Below are positions 1-9,181 of a stretch of DNA of 64,000 bases, piece after piece. Source of the stretch: an uncultured SAR86 cluster bacterium. Its GTDB lineage: Bacteria > Pseudomonadota > Gammaproteobacteria > Magnimaribacterales > AG-339-G14. The translations under genes and the position numbers were made by a program. The notes under the pieces were generated by a model. It made no database searches. It had not been told where the DNA came from and worked only from the letters and a program-made list of their open reading frames with translations. The stretch spans positions 94,998 through 158,997 of the forward strand of contig CACIUX010000002.1 in assembly GCA_902589965.1 (NCBI GenBank), written 5' to 3'. Each line of letters opens with the position of its first letter. The first letter of the stretch is position 1.

Positions 1-903
1 AGAAATTTTGGTACGCCGAAAGCAATGACCGAAGAGGAAATTTTGGATGTAATAAAAAGATTTGCTTTTGTTGCAAAAATTGCCCGCGAAGCAAACTTTT
101 CCGGCATTCAGCTGCATTCAGCTCACGGCTATTTATTGTCAGAGTTTTTATCCCCTGATATCAATCAAAGAACAGATGCTTGGGGGGATTCACTAGAGAA
201 TAGAGCAAGAATTCATTTGGAAATTATCAAAGCCTGTAGACAGGCAGTTGGCGATGACTTTCCAATATCGATGAAAATGAATTCAGCAGATTTCCAAAAG
301 GGAGGTTTTTCTCACGAAGAGTCCATTCAAGTTGCGAAAATGGTCAGCGATGCAGGTTTAGATTTATTGGAAATTTCTGGCGGTACGTATGAAAAACCAA
401 GTCTTCTCGGTTATGACAACGTTGGCATGAATCCAAAAAGGATGGAAAAAAGAAAAGAGAGCACCATCGCTAGAGAGGCTTACTTTTTAGAATACGCAGA
501 TGACATCAAAAAAGCTATTTCCATTCCTTTAATGGTCACAGGTGGATTTAGATCCAGAACAGGGATCAATGCTGCTCTTGCAAATAATGCCTGCGAGGTT
601 ATTGGAATTGGGAGGCCTTTATGCGCAGATCCATATTCGCTTCAAAAAATGATCGATGGTGAAATTGACCAACTGCCTGATTACGAAAAAACTCTTTCTG
701 TTGGCCCTGGTTGGTTGTCCTCAAGAAGCCCATTCCGTTTAATTCAAGCAATAAATGCTCTTAGCTCGCAAGCTTGGTTTTACCTCCAAATTAATAAAAT
801 GGGTAACGGCGAAGATCCTGATCTAACAAAAAGGCCTTTCGCTGCTTTTCGAGAAATTGCAAAAATTGACTCAGCAGCTTTTAAAAAATTCTCTGAGACT
901 TAA
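1..903 (+). CDS. NADH:flavin oxidoreductase, Old Yellow Enzyme family (5' end upstream of window)
   Basis: The frame is open from nt 1 (RNFGTPKAMTEEEI...), so the ATG at 25 is internal. 'LHSAHGYLLSEFLSP' and 'IGIGRPLCADP' are typical OYE TIM-barrel motifs. Confidence 0.8.
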   Translation, partial: RNFGTPKAMTEEEILDVIKRFAFVAKIAREANFSGIQLHSAHGYLLSEFLSPDINQRTDAWGDSLENRARIHLEIIKACRQAVGDDFPISMKMNSADFQKGGFSHEESIQVAKMVSDAGLDLLEISGGTYEKPSLLGYDNVGMNPKRMEKRKESTIAREAYFLEYADDIKKAISIPLMVTGGFRSRTGINAALANNACEVIGIGRPLCADPYSLQKMIDGEIDQLPDYEKTLSVGPGWLSSRSPFRLIQAINALSSQAWFYLQINKMGNGEDPDLTKRPFAAFREIAKIDSAAFKKFSET

Positions 904-2069
904 TGAAGATTCTTGCTTTAGGTGGAAGTGGAGGCATGGGACGGTTTGCTGTTCATTCTCTTATTAAGCATCCTCAAGTAGAAAGTATTTTAGTTGCAGA
1001 TTTAAATGAATCCGCAGCAAAGAAATTTGCCTCCACTCTTTCTGAAAAAACTTCTGGCATCGGCATCGATGTTACTGATAAAGAGGCTTTGGAGAGAGCA
1101 ATGAACGGTGTTGACGTTGTCATAAATACAACTGGACCTTTTTTCAAACTCGCTGTGCCTATATTGGAAGCAGCTATTGAGACCAAAACGCATTACCTAG
1201 ACATATGCGATGACTGGGAACCTACTGAAAAAATGTTTCTCTTAAACGATAAAGCGAAAGCTGCCGGAATAACTGCCATCATTGGTTTAGGTGCAAGCCC
1301 AGGGATTACCAACATGCTTGGATTAATCGCTATGAAAGAACTCGATCAAGTTTCTAAGGTCTATACCGGATGGGATATGTCCTCAGCACAACCCGAAGAG
1401 GAATCTTCTCAAAAAGGAGTTAATGCAGCCATGGTTCATGGCATTGAACAAATAATTGGCAAAGTTAAAGTCTTTAGCTCTGGAGCATACAAAATGGTTC
1501 GTCCGCTTGAAAAGGTCACAGTTGACTATCCACAGCTCGGGACCTACAAAGCAAATATCTTCGGACATCCTGAAGCAATAAGCTTTCCTCATCATTATCC
1601 GGAAATAAAAGAATCCTTAAACCTAATGCACAGCAACGATGATTCCTTAGTCAGTGTGCTGAAAATCATTAGGTTTTTTATAGAAATAAAATTTTTGTCC
1701 AAGAACATGGCAGCAAAAGTTTTAACTTGGTTAGAGGGAACGCAATCTCCCGATCATGAGAAAGCAGGTGTCGAATCGTTACCGTCTGTTTATGGTTATG
1801 CAGAGGGGATCAAGAATGAAAAGAAAATCTCAGTAGCAGCAACTTTTCATACCGAGGCTAGCGTTGATGACTTATCCATGGGAGAAGCAACAGCATATCC
1901 TTTATCTTGTGGAGTGAAAATGATTTTAGACGGATTGGTCCTAGACAAAGGAGTCCATGCTCCAGAGTCAGGTATTATTGATCCAGAACTTTTTTTTAGC
2001 TATCTTTCAAAGGAGATAGATGGTTCAGAATCTATTATCCCTTTGATAACCACAAAAAGTCTTTCTTAA
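903..2069 (+). CDS. saccharopine dehydrogenase-like NAD(P)-binding protein
   Basis: N-terminal Rossmann 'ILALGGSGGMG'. 'INTTGPF' and 'HYLDICDD' resemble the saccharopine/carboxynorspermidine dehydrogenase family. The ATG overlaps the upstream stop (TAATG). Confidence 0.7.
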   Translation: MKILALGGSGGMGRFAVHSLIKHPQVESILVADLNESAAKKFASTLSEKTSGIGIDVTDKEALERAMNGVDVVINTTGPFFKLAVPILEAAIETKTHYLDICDDWEPTEKMFLLNDKAKAAGITAIIGLGASPGITNMLGLIAMKELDQVSKVYTGWDMSSAQPEEESSQKGVNAAMVHGIEQIIGKVKVFSSGAYKMVRPLEKVTVDYPQLGTYKANIFGHPEAISFPHHYPEIKESLNLMHSNDDSLVSVLKIIRFFIEIKFLSKNMAAKVLTWLEGTQSPDHEKAGVESLPSVYGYAEGIKNEKKISVAATFHTEASVDDLSMGEATAYPLSCGVKMILDGLVLDKGVHAPESGIIDPELFFSYLSKEIDGSESIIPLITTKSLS

Positions 2070-2071
2070 AT

Positions 2072-3055
2072 ATGGAGTCAAGAGAATTTAAACCGTTTGG
2101 ATCAGTAAGTGCCTTAACCCTTGGAGGTGGTGGCATTGGCAATGTTTGGGGAGAGACTTCCAAAGAGGAGAGCATCGCATCTGTTCATCTGGCTTTAGAG
2201 TCGGGAATCGATCACCTAGATGTTGCTCCAATGTATGGAAAAGGAGAAGCTGAGAGAGTCGTAGGTGAAGCTATAAAAGAGAGAAGCAGAGATAGTTTTA
2301 GACTAACGACAAAATGCGCGCTCGGCAGTATCCCTGATGAGGAAGTCTATGACCGCTTCAATACATCATTGATACGGAGTTTAGATACCATGGGCACTGA
2401 TTACGTTGACCTCTTTCTTCTTCATTCCCAGCTAATAGAGAATGATCATGAATCTCAAAAACCCGATTCATCTTTTGTTGCCACTGGAAACCTAACAACC
2501 TTAAAAAGCTTTTACGATGCCGTTGTGCCAGCGATGGAGACCTTAAAAAAAGAAGGTAAGATCTTGAATTGGGGTATTGGTCCTGGTCAAGAGGAGGCTG
2601 TGTGCGATGTGATCAATTCTACAACCCCTCCGGATGCAATTCAGTGTGGAGTAAATGTTTTGAATTCATTGGGAGCGATCGGGTACGCCAGCATAAAGCC
2701 AAATCCAAAATTGGTTCTAGACGAAAGCAAAAAAAAAGACATTCCCATTTTGGCTATTCGAGCTGTTCAAGCTGGTGCACTGACCTCAAAAATGGATCGA
2801 GAGCCTCATCCAAGCGGGTTTGATCATCCTGATTTTGCTGATTATGAAAAAGCTCAACCGTTTCGTGAGCTTGCTGAAGATTGGGGAGAATCTCCTGCTT
2901 CTCTTGCTCACAGATATGCTTTAAGTATTGATAAAGTAGGTTCTGTCATTTTAGGCATTAAAAATAGAGAGGAATTGATCGAGTGCTTAGAGGCAGAAAA
3001 AAAAGGTAGACTTGATACAGAGCAAATTTACACTCTAGAAAATTTATTTAATTAG
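2072..3055 (+). CDS. aldo/keto reductase
   Basis: 'LTLGGGGIG', 'GIDHLDVAPMYGKGEAE' and 'DLFLLHS' are AKR signature regions. It starts 2 nt after the previous stop. Confidence 0.8.
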   Translation: MESREFKPFGSVSALTLGGGGIGNVWGETSKEESIASVHLALESGIDHLDVAPMYGKGEAERVVGEAIKERSRDSFRLTTKCALGSIPDEEVYDRFNTSLIRSLDTMGTDYVDLFLLHSQLIENDHESQKPDSSFVATGNLTTLKSFYDAVVPAMETLKKEGKILNWGIGPGQEEAVCDVINSTTPPDAIQCGVNVLNSLGAIGYASIKPNPKLVLDESKKKDIPILAIRAVQAGALTSKMDREPHPSGFDHPDFADYEKAQPFRELAEDWGESPASLAHRYALSIDKVGSVILGIKNREELIECLEAEKKGRLDTEQIYTLENLFN

Positions 3056-3056
3056 A

Positions 3057-4061
3057 ATGAAAAAAGGATATAAAAAACCTAATCTAGAATCTAAATATTA
3101 TCATGAGCTTTTTGAAAGCCTTCCTCCCCTTGTAGGTAAAACCATAGTCATTACAGGAACTACCTCTGGTACCGGATACACCGCAGCTGAAGCATGCGGC
3201 AAACTAGGCGCAAAAGTTGTTCTTTTAAATAGACCTTCAGAAAGGGCTACAAACTCATTTGAAAAATTAAAAGAGACGACTTCCAATGGATCTTTTCATT
3301 CGATAGATTGCGACTTGCAAAGTTTTGCTGCAGTGCGGGAATGTATCCCCAAAATTAATGAGCTTTGTTCAGAGGGCATTGATGTGCTATGCAATAATGC
3401 CGGAGTGATGGCGCTCGAAGACATGCCAACTGGAGATGGGTACGATATTCAAATGCAAACCAATCACCTTTCACACTTTTTATTAACGAAACTTTTATGG
3501 CCGCTGCTTGAAAAAGCTGCAAATGAAAAAGGCGAAGCAAGAGTAGTCAACCACTCTAGCGGAGCAAGACATTCTGTAAAAAAACTTGAACCACAATTTT
3601 TAGAGCAAAAAGGCGGATCTCTCGGAGGAAATGGTAAAAGTATGTTTTTTGGCGGTGGTAGATGGATACGTTACGGGCAAACTAAATTGGCAAACGCAGC
3701 TTATACTGCGGCTATGCACGAAAAGTTACAAAACACTGGTTCAAAGATTAAAGCCATCGTTGCGCACCCTGGTCTTGCGGAAACTGATCTTCAACATACG
3801 ACGGTTAAAGAGGGAGGATTAGGCAGATGGTTCACAGCACAATTTATGAAATTTGGTCAGTCTCAAGAAGATGGAACAATGGGAATTTTAAGAGGCATAG
3901 CAGATCCTTCAATTGAATCAGGAACATTCATTGGTCCAAAAGGCATGAAAGGGCTTGCAACGACATTTAAATTGGAAGCAAAGTACGATAATCCTGAAAC
4001 TAGAGAGATGATTTGGAAAAAAAGCTGCGAAGCTGTTGGAGAGGATTTTACAATCACTTAA
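3057..4061 (+). CDS. short-chain dehydrogenase/reductase (SDR)
   Basis: 'ITGTTSGTGY' (TGxxxGxG), 'NNAG', and the catalytic 'YGQTK' (YxxxK). Confidence 0.8.
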   Translation: MKKGYKKPNLESKYYHELFESLPPLVGKTIVITGTTSGTGYTAAEACGKLGAKVVLLNRPSERATNSFEKLKETTSNGSFHSIDCDLQSFAAVRECIPKINELCSEGIDVLCNNAGVMALEDMPTGDGYDIQMQTNHLSHFLLTKLLWPLLEKAANEKGEARVVNHSSGARHSVKKLEPQFLEQKGGSLGGNGKSMFFGGGRWIRYGQTKLANAAYTAAMHEKLQNTGSKIKAIVAHPGLAETDLQHTTVKEGGLGRWFTAQFMKFGQSQEDGTMGILRGIADPSIESGTFIGPKGMKGLATTFKLEAKYDNPETREMIWKKSCEAVGEDFTIT

Positions 4062-4065
4062 TAAC

Positions 4066-4914
4066 ATGACCTCTATAAAAATTGCTTGTTTGCAATTATC
4101 TCTAGCTGAAGATGGGAATGAAGCCAAGATAACTGAATCAATTCAAAAAATCCTTTCCGCAGATAGATCATCAGACCTAGTAATTTTGAGTGAACTTGCA
4201 GTTTCCGGAGTCAAGCCTGACAAAGAAAAATCATTATCAACTTTTTTACCTCTGTTCTCTGATTTAGCTAAAAAAAACGATACTTGGCTTATTCCAGGTA
4301 CTTTCCATGAATTTGAGGACGATGTTATTTATAACACTTGTCCGGTTATTAATAATAAGGGTGATTTAGTCACCAAAGCCAGAAAGCTCTATCCATGGTT
4401 GCCATACGAAAATCAAATTACTCCAGGCAATGAAATTTGCACTTTTGAGTATCCAGGGGCAGGCATCATTGGCGTTCATATTTGTTACGACTTATGGTTT
4501 CCAGAGACCAGCAGAGCTTTAGCTATGGCAGGTGCAGAATTGATTATCAATCCTACTCTGACGCCGACACAAGACAGAGAAATTGAAACCGTAATGGTCC
4601 GAGCAACTGCTGTCCAACAGCAATGTTATTACGTCGATGTAAATAGCGTCGGCGAACAAGGCTGCGGTCAATCCATTGCTTGCGACCCCGAAGGTAATGT
4701 TTTGCATATCTCCAACGATCTTGAAGATATCTTTACCGTTGAAGTCGATTTTGATTTTGTCCGAAATTCCAGAAAAAATGGCATTATGGGATTAGGCCAA
4801 AATTTAAAAAGTTATCGGGATAATCCCTTTTCATCTATGATTAAAGAGAAGCGAAACAACAATTATCTAGAATCGTTGGGTGAACTTACTCAACTCAAGA
4901 AAGAAGATGACTAA
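4066..4914 (+). CDS. carbon-nitrogen hydrolase (nitrilase/amidase superfamily)
   Basis: An E-K-C triad context is present: 'LSELAVSG', 'KARKLYPW', 'ICYDLWFPE'. I prefer the ATG at 4066 over the TTG at 4036 that heads the track ORF. Confidence 0.75.
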   Translation: MTSIKIACLQLSLAEDGNEAKITESIQKILSADRSSDLVILSELAVSGVKPDKEKSLSTFLPLFSDLAKKNDTWLIPGTFHEFEDDVIYNTCPVINNKGDLVTKARKLYPWLPYENQITPGNEICTFEYPGAGIIGVHICYDLWFPETSRALAMAGAELIINPTLTPTQDREIETVMVRATAVQQQCYYVDVNSVGEQGCGQSIACDPEGNVLHISNDLEDIFTVEVDFDFVRNSRKNGIMGLGQNLKSYRDNPFSSMIKEKRNNNYLESLGELTQLKKEDD

Positions 4915-6280
4915 AAATTTTAATTTAGAATCTCTCGATAAAGATTATCTTTTTCATCCCGTTACCAATTTAAAAAGTCATTTAACCGATGAGATGCTTA
5001 TCTTAGAGAAAGGCGAAGGAATTTATGTCTTTGATAAGGATGGGAAACAATACATTGATGGTTTGGCAGGGCTTTGGTGTACCTCTCTTGGTCATGGGGT
5101 TAGCGAGTTAGCAGAAGTTGCCAAAGAACAAATGACTAAGCTTGGATATTCAACTTTGTTTTCCTCAAAATCTCACGAACCGGCTATTTTATTAGCCGAA
5201 AAGTTAATTGAAATGTCTCCCTTCTCGTCTGGAAAAGTTTTTTTTGGCTTATCCGGTTCCGATGCTAACGACACCCAATACAAATTATTCACCTATGCGA
5301 ATAATAAGCTTGGCAAATCGGAAAAGAAGAAAATTCTTGCTAGAAAAAAGGGTTACCACGGGGTTACGGTGGCAAGCGCTAGTATGACTGGCCTTCCTAA
5401 TCAGCATAAATTATTTGATTTACCTAAGGAACATTTTATTCATACCGAGACTCCTCATTATTTTAAAGAAGGAATGGACGACGAGACCGAAGCTGATTAC
5501 TTGGTCCGACTGACTAAAAGTTTGGAAGAGCTAATTGAAAAGGAAGGGGCAGAAACAATTGCTGCAATGATCGCCGAGCCGCTACTGGGCGCAGGCGGAG
5601 TCATACTGCCACCAGAAGGATATTTCCCTGCAATTCAAGCCATATTAAATAAATACGATATTCCTCTAATAGCAGATGAGGTTATTACAGGGTTTGGTAG
5701 AACAGGAAATGCTTTTGGTTCTGAAACCTACGACATCAAACCAACTTCAATGACCTTAGCGAAAGCTCTGTCTTCAGGATACATTCCAATAAGTGCAGTT
5801 ATCGTTAACGACGACTTATTCGAGCCTATCAAAGAAGCCAGCGGAGATATTGGCGTATTTGGTCACGGTTATACTTATACTGGTCATCCGGTTTCTTGTG
5901 CTGTAGCTCTTAAAACGTTAGAAATTTATGAGCGAGATAAAGTTTTTCAGCACGCTGAAAAAGTTGGCGATTACTTTCAAAATTCTATGAAAGATATCCT
6001 TAAGGAAGACTACGTCGGTGAAGTAAGAGGAATTGGTCTGATTGCTGGTATTGAATTGTACAAAGATCCTTCAAACAAGATTCCTTTTGAAGAAGCAGGC
6101 AAAGTCGGCAAAATTTTAAGCGATACCTGTCAAAAGAATGGTCTTATTGTGAGACCAATATTGGATACCATTGCTCTCTGCCCACCTTTGATTATTTCTG
6201 AAAAGGAAGTTGATGAGCTAACAGATAAACTAAAAAAATCTTTGCAAGAAGCAAAAGATGAGATAATGAAATATCAATAA
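4907..6280 (+). CDS. class III (omega) aminotransferase, PLP-dependent
   Basis: 'SGSDANDT', 'DEVITGFGRTG' and 'TLAKALSSGY' (PLP Lys region). I prefer the ATG at 4907, which overlaps the upstream stop by 8 nt. Confidence 0.85.
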   Translation: MTKNFNLESLDKDYLFHPVTNLKSHLTDEMLILEKGEGIYVFDKDGKQYIDGLAGLWCTSLGHGVSELAEVAKEQMTKLGYSTLFSSKSHEPAILLAEKLIEMSPFSSGKVFFGLSGSDANDTQYKLFTYANNKLGKSEKKKILARKKGYHGVTVASASMTGLPNQHKLFDLPKEHFIHTETPHYFKEGMDDETEADYLVRLTKSLEELIEKEGAETIAAMIAEPLLGAGGVILPPEGYFPAIQAILNKYDIPLIADEVITGFGRTGNAFGSETYDIKPTSMTLAKALSSGYIPISAVIVNDDLFEPIKEASGDIGVFGHGYTYTGHPVSCAVALKTLEIYERDKVFQHAEKVGDYFQNSMKDILKEDYVGEVRGIGLIAGIELYKDPSNKIPFEEAGKVGKILSDTCQKNGLIVRPILDTIALCPPLIISEKEVDELTDKLKKSLQEAKDEIMKYQ

Positions 6281-6300
6281 TATGATGGTAGGAGTCATAA

Positions 6301-6420
6301 ATGGATTGTGGATGCGGAAGAAGTCCAACAGGTAAATGCATAGGTTGGCATAAGCTATCTGAAGAAGAATACCAACAAAAGCTAAAAGAATACGAAGAAG
6401 AGAAAAATAGCTCTTCTTGA
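6301..6420 (+). CDS. small Cys-rich protein (39 aa), unannotated in the ORF track
   Basis: The ATG at 6301 follows AGGAG (6290-6294) with a 6-nt spacer. Translation is MDCGCGRSPTGKCIGWHKLSEEEYQQKLKEYEEEKNSSS, with a CxC-x7-C-x3-H pattern. Confidence 0.45.
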   Translation: MDCGCGRSPTGKCIGWHKLSEEEYQQKLKEYEEEKNSSS

Positions 6421-6450
6421 TAATTCCCACTTAGCCTCAATATATTTATC

Positions 6451-7383
6451 ATGGGTAAATTAATCGATGGCAAGTGGGATAAATGTTCTATCATCACCAG
6501 CGATGAAAAAGGTGCATACGCTCGTTTACCGAGAACGTTCGAAAATAATATTTCAGCCGATGATGCTGTCTACACTCCTGATTCAAACAGATATCATTTA
6601 TACGTAAGCTATGCCTGTCCTTGGGCTACAAGAGCGCTTATTTATCGGAAACTTAAATCTTTGGAAGATCATATATCTGTGGATGTGGTGCATCCCGATC
6701 TTCTAGAAGAGGGTTGGGCTTTTGATAACAGTTATCCTGGAGCTACTAAAGAATCCTTGTATGGATTCAAATTTTTAAGAGAGCTTTATCAAAAATCCGA
6801 ACCTAATGTGACTACGAGCGTGACTGTGCCTGTTTTATGGGACAAAAAAACAGAAACCATAGTTAACAATGAATCTTCTCAGGTTATTCGAATTTTTAAT
6901 TCTGCATTCAATGAATTAACCGGAAACAATGAAAATTATTATCCCGAGCATTTGCAAGAAGAAATAGACAAGCTAAATGATTGGATCTATAACTCGGTGA
7001 ATAATGGTGTCTACAAGAGCGGGTTTGCAAAAACTCAAGAAAGTTATGATGAAGCAGTGACTGATCTTTTTAAAGCATTGGATGAATTGGATCAAAGACT
7101 CGCAAAGTCAAAGTACTTAATTGAAGATACTTTAACTGAAGCAGATCTAAGGCTTATTCCAACATTGCTTAGATTTGATGTAGCTTACGTAACGCACTTT
7201 AAATGCAACATCAAAAGAATCATCGACTACAAGCATCTTTCACGATATGTTAACGACTTAATGACCATTCCAGCGATCAAAGATTCAACCAAGTTTGATC
7301 ACATAAAACGACATTACTATTTCAGCCATAAAGAAATAAATCCTTATCGAATTGTTCCCGCTGGCCCTGAGCTAATTATTTAA
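6451..7383 (+). CDS. yqjG: Xi-class glutathione S-transferase / glutathionyl-hydroquinone reductase (YqjG-like)
   Basis: The 'YACPWATR' Cys-Pro-Trp-Ala active-site motif is characteristic of Xi-class GSTs. The length of about 310 aa is typical. Confidence 0.8.
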   Translation: MGKLIDGKWDKCSIITSDEKGAYARLPRTFENNISADDAVYTPDSNRYHLYVSYACPWATRALIYRKLKSLEDHISVDVVHPDLLEEGWAFDNSYPGATKESLYGFKFLRELYQKSEPNVTTSVTVPVLWDKKTETIVNNESSQVIRIFNSAFNELTGNNENYYPEHLQEEIDKLNDWIYNSVNNGVYKSGFAKTQESYDEAVTDLFKALDELDQRLAKSKYLIEDTLTEADLRLIPTLLRFDVAYVTHFKCNIKRIIDYKHLSRYVNDLMTIPAIKDSTKFDHIKRHYYFSHKEINPYRIVPAGPELII

Positions 7384-7451
7384 TTAGGCTCTTGTTCGAT
7401 ATTCGCACAACCCATTAAAACTTAGATCTGTGCCAGGACTACAAATCGCAT

Positions 7452-8489
7452 TTATGTAGAAAGAATCTGTTTTATAAAATCCACTTCGTTTTGATCGTAG
7501 GGCGAACCGTCTTGGCGAAAAATATCATGAAACCAAACGTCGGGTTCCGGTATGGATTCACTTTCCTCAATAAAATCTCCTTTATCTTTAAGTTCTTTTA
7601 TCTTAAGAATAGTTTCCCAGCCAAAATGAGTCTGACTTTTACCTGCAACAAGGCCCCAGTTATAGGCTCCTATGTTGTTCTCTTTAAAGATAGGCAATGT
7701 AAATTCAAACGTCGTACCAAATTCTCTTGCCATGTATTCGGTACATATAAGAGGCCTACCAATTTCTTTTAGTTCTTCAATTATAGGAATCACCTTTTGG
7801 TATTCATAGACATGGAAAGTAATAACATCCGATTTTTCTTTATTAGTCTGAATATTTTTATCGCCAATTGTGCCATCAAGGCAGGCAGTTAGAGGCTGGG
7901 ATGGACGAACTTCAAAGGCCCAATCCCAAACTTTACTTAAAAGAATATTAGATTCGTCTCCGATACCAAATTGACCCGGTTCGTTGTAGAGATCCCACAT
8001 TAAGATTCTTTCATCTTCACGAAAATCATCGAGAGTTTCTTGAGTAAATAATTTAAGTCTAGCTTCCTCCTCCTTATTACCCTTTGCAATTTCTCTGACA
8101 ATTTCGTGTCCAGGACTTTGTTTCCAACCGGAATTATGAACGCCTCTAACTGGCAGAGGTTGTTTGCCAAGTTTGGGAAAAGGTCTGTGACAATCATCAA
8201 AGAGAACTAAGATAGGCTTTATATTATGATCTGAACAAAGCGAGAGAATCTCGTTTAGCCGTTTTTTAAAATTTTCTTTATCCTGCCAAAGCAAATCATG
8301 TAGATAAATTCGTAAACTGTTGAAGCCAATGCCACTTGCCCAACCGATTTCTCTTTTATTTGTTTTTAAATCAAAGCTTTGGTTTTGAAACATCTCTAAC
8401 TGATTGATGGCCGAACTTGGAAGATAGTTACAACCCACTAACCACTCATGTATTGAGTACCATTCGTTAATGTCTTTTTTATTCCACAC
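7452..8489 (-). CDS. clan GH-A (GH5-like) glycoside hydrolase, cytoplasmic
   Basis: 'GCNYLPSSAINQLEMF', 'NSLRIYL' and 'WDLYNEPG' (NEP acid/base motif). There is no signal peptide. Confidence 0.6.
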   Translation of the reverse strand: MWNKKDINEWYSIHEWLVGCNYLPSSAINQLEMFQNQSFDLKTNKREIGWASGIGFNSLRIYLHDLLWQDKENFKKRLNEILSLCSDHNIKPILVLFDDCHRPFPKLGKQPLPVRGVHNSGWKQSPGHEIVREIAKGNKEEEARLKLFTQETLDDFREDERILMWDLYNEPGQFGIGDESNILLSKVWDWAFEVRPSQPLTACLDGTIGDKNIQTNKEKSDVITFHVYEYQKVIPIIEELKEIGRPLICTEYMAREFGTTFEFTLPIFKENNIGAYNWGLVAGKSQTHFGWETILKIKELKDKGDFIEESESIPEPDVWFHDIFRQDGSPYDQNEVDFIKQILST

Positions 8490-9145
8490 TATGAATTATT
8501 TAAAAATATTTTCTGTATATTTGAGGAATGTTTCTTATAGTCTGAAACGATAGAAGAGAGAAATTCATGTTTTTTCTGATACGACATGGAAAAGATATCG
8601 ACACCTTCAGTGCTTTCTACAAAAGCTTTGTTTGGATCTTTCCCAGCAAGCAATGAGTGCAGGGAACCGAGAAAGTTCCATCGATAAGTTTCTCTAATAT
8701 TCTCAAATCGATCTAAAAGCTCTAAAGGGTCTCCCTCTAGCTCTCCTTCCTTGATGGCTTGTTTGATCATGATATCGGTTACACCTTTTGTATTTTCATT
8801 CCAAAGCTTCATTAAAAACGTAGGATTTTCCGCGACCCATTCAAGAATAGGAGACCCGTAAAAAGCATGGAATTGAAAGTAATTCCTAATAAAAATCTGT
8901 TTTAGAGGACTAGTTTCATGACCTGTTAAATCGATTACAAAATCTTGAATACTGATGATCACTTCCTTCGTTATTTCTTCAAAAAGATCTGTGATATCTG
9001 AAAAATGATTATAAAAAGTACCGTAGCCTAACTCGGCTTCTTTGGTGACTTTAGTAACGTCTATGTTTTTATAACCATCCCTTTCAATGAGGCTTGCTGC
9101 AGCTTTAATTAACTTATTTCGGTTGGTTGCCTTTCTAGTTTGCAT
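8489..9145 (-). CDS. TetR/AcrR family transcriptional regulator
   Basis: N-terminal HTH 'LIKAAASLIERDGYKNIDVTKVTKEAELGYGTFYNHF'. Its stop overlaps the downstream GH gene start by 1 nt. Confidence 0.8.
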   Translation of the reverse strand: MQTRKATNRNKLIKAAASLIERDGYKNIDVTKVTKEAELGYGTFYNHFSDITDLFEEITKEVIISIQDFVIDLTGHETSPLKQIFIRNYFQFHAFYGSPILEWVAENPTFLMKLWNENTKGVTDIMIKQAIKEGELEGDPLELLDRFENIRETYRWNFLGSLHSLLAGKDPNKAFVESTEGVDIFSMSYQKKHEFLSSIVSDYKKHSSNIQKIFLNNS

Positions 9146-9147
9146 GT

Positions 9148-9170
9148 TGTCATCTTACATAAAAATGACA
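9148..9170. promoter_or_regulatory. inverted repeat TGTCAT-N11-ATGACA directly upstream of the tetR start
   Basis: Read directly: tgtcat (9148-9153) and atgaca (9165-9170). 'aaaaatgac' also occurs twice as a direct repeat (9161-9169, 9172-9180). Confidence 0.3.
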
Positions 9171-9181
9171 AAAAAATGACT

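Noticed and set aside
974-1595. Antisense ORFs of 63-70 aa inside the saccharopine-dehydrogenase-like gene. Similar short antisense ORFs occur throughout the track, for example 3101-3286, 4519-4707, 9475-9660, 12679-12864, 25497-25688, 32585-33021 and 58299-59093.
   Set aside because: Each lies wholly within a longer ORF that has clear family motifs on the other strand. Their sequences are low-complexity or atypical, and they have no SD or start context.
6192-6497. 101-aa and 66-aa minus-strand ORFs spanning the aminotransferase/GST spacer.
   Set aside because: They overlap the ends of two well-supported plus-strand genes. The plus-strand 39-aa ORF with a strong SD explains the spacer better.
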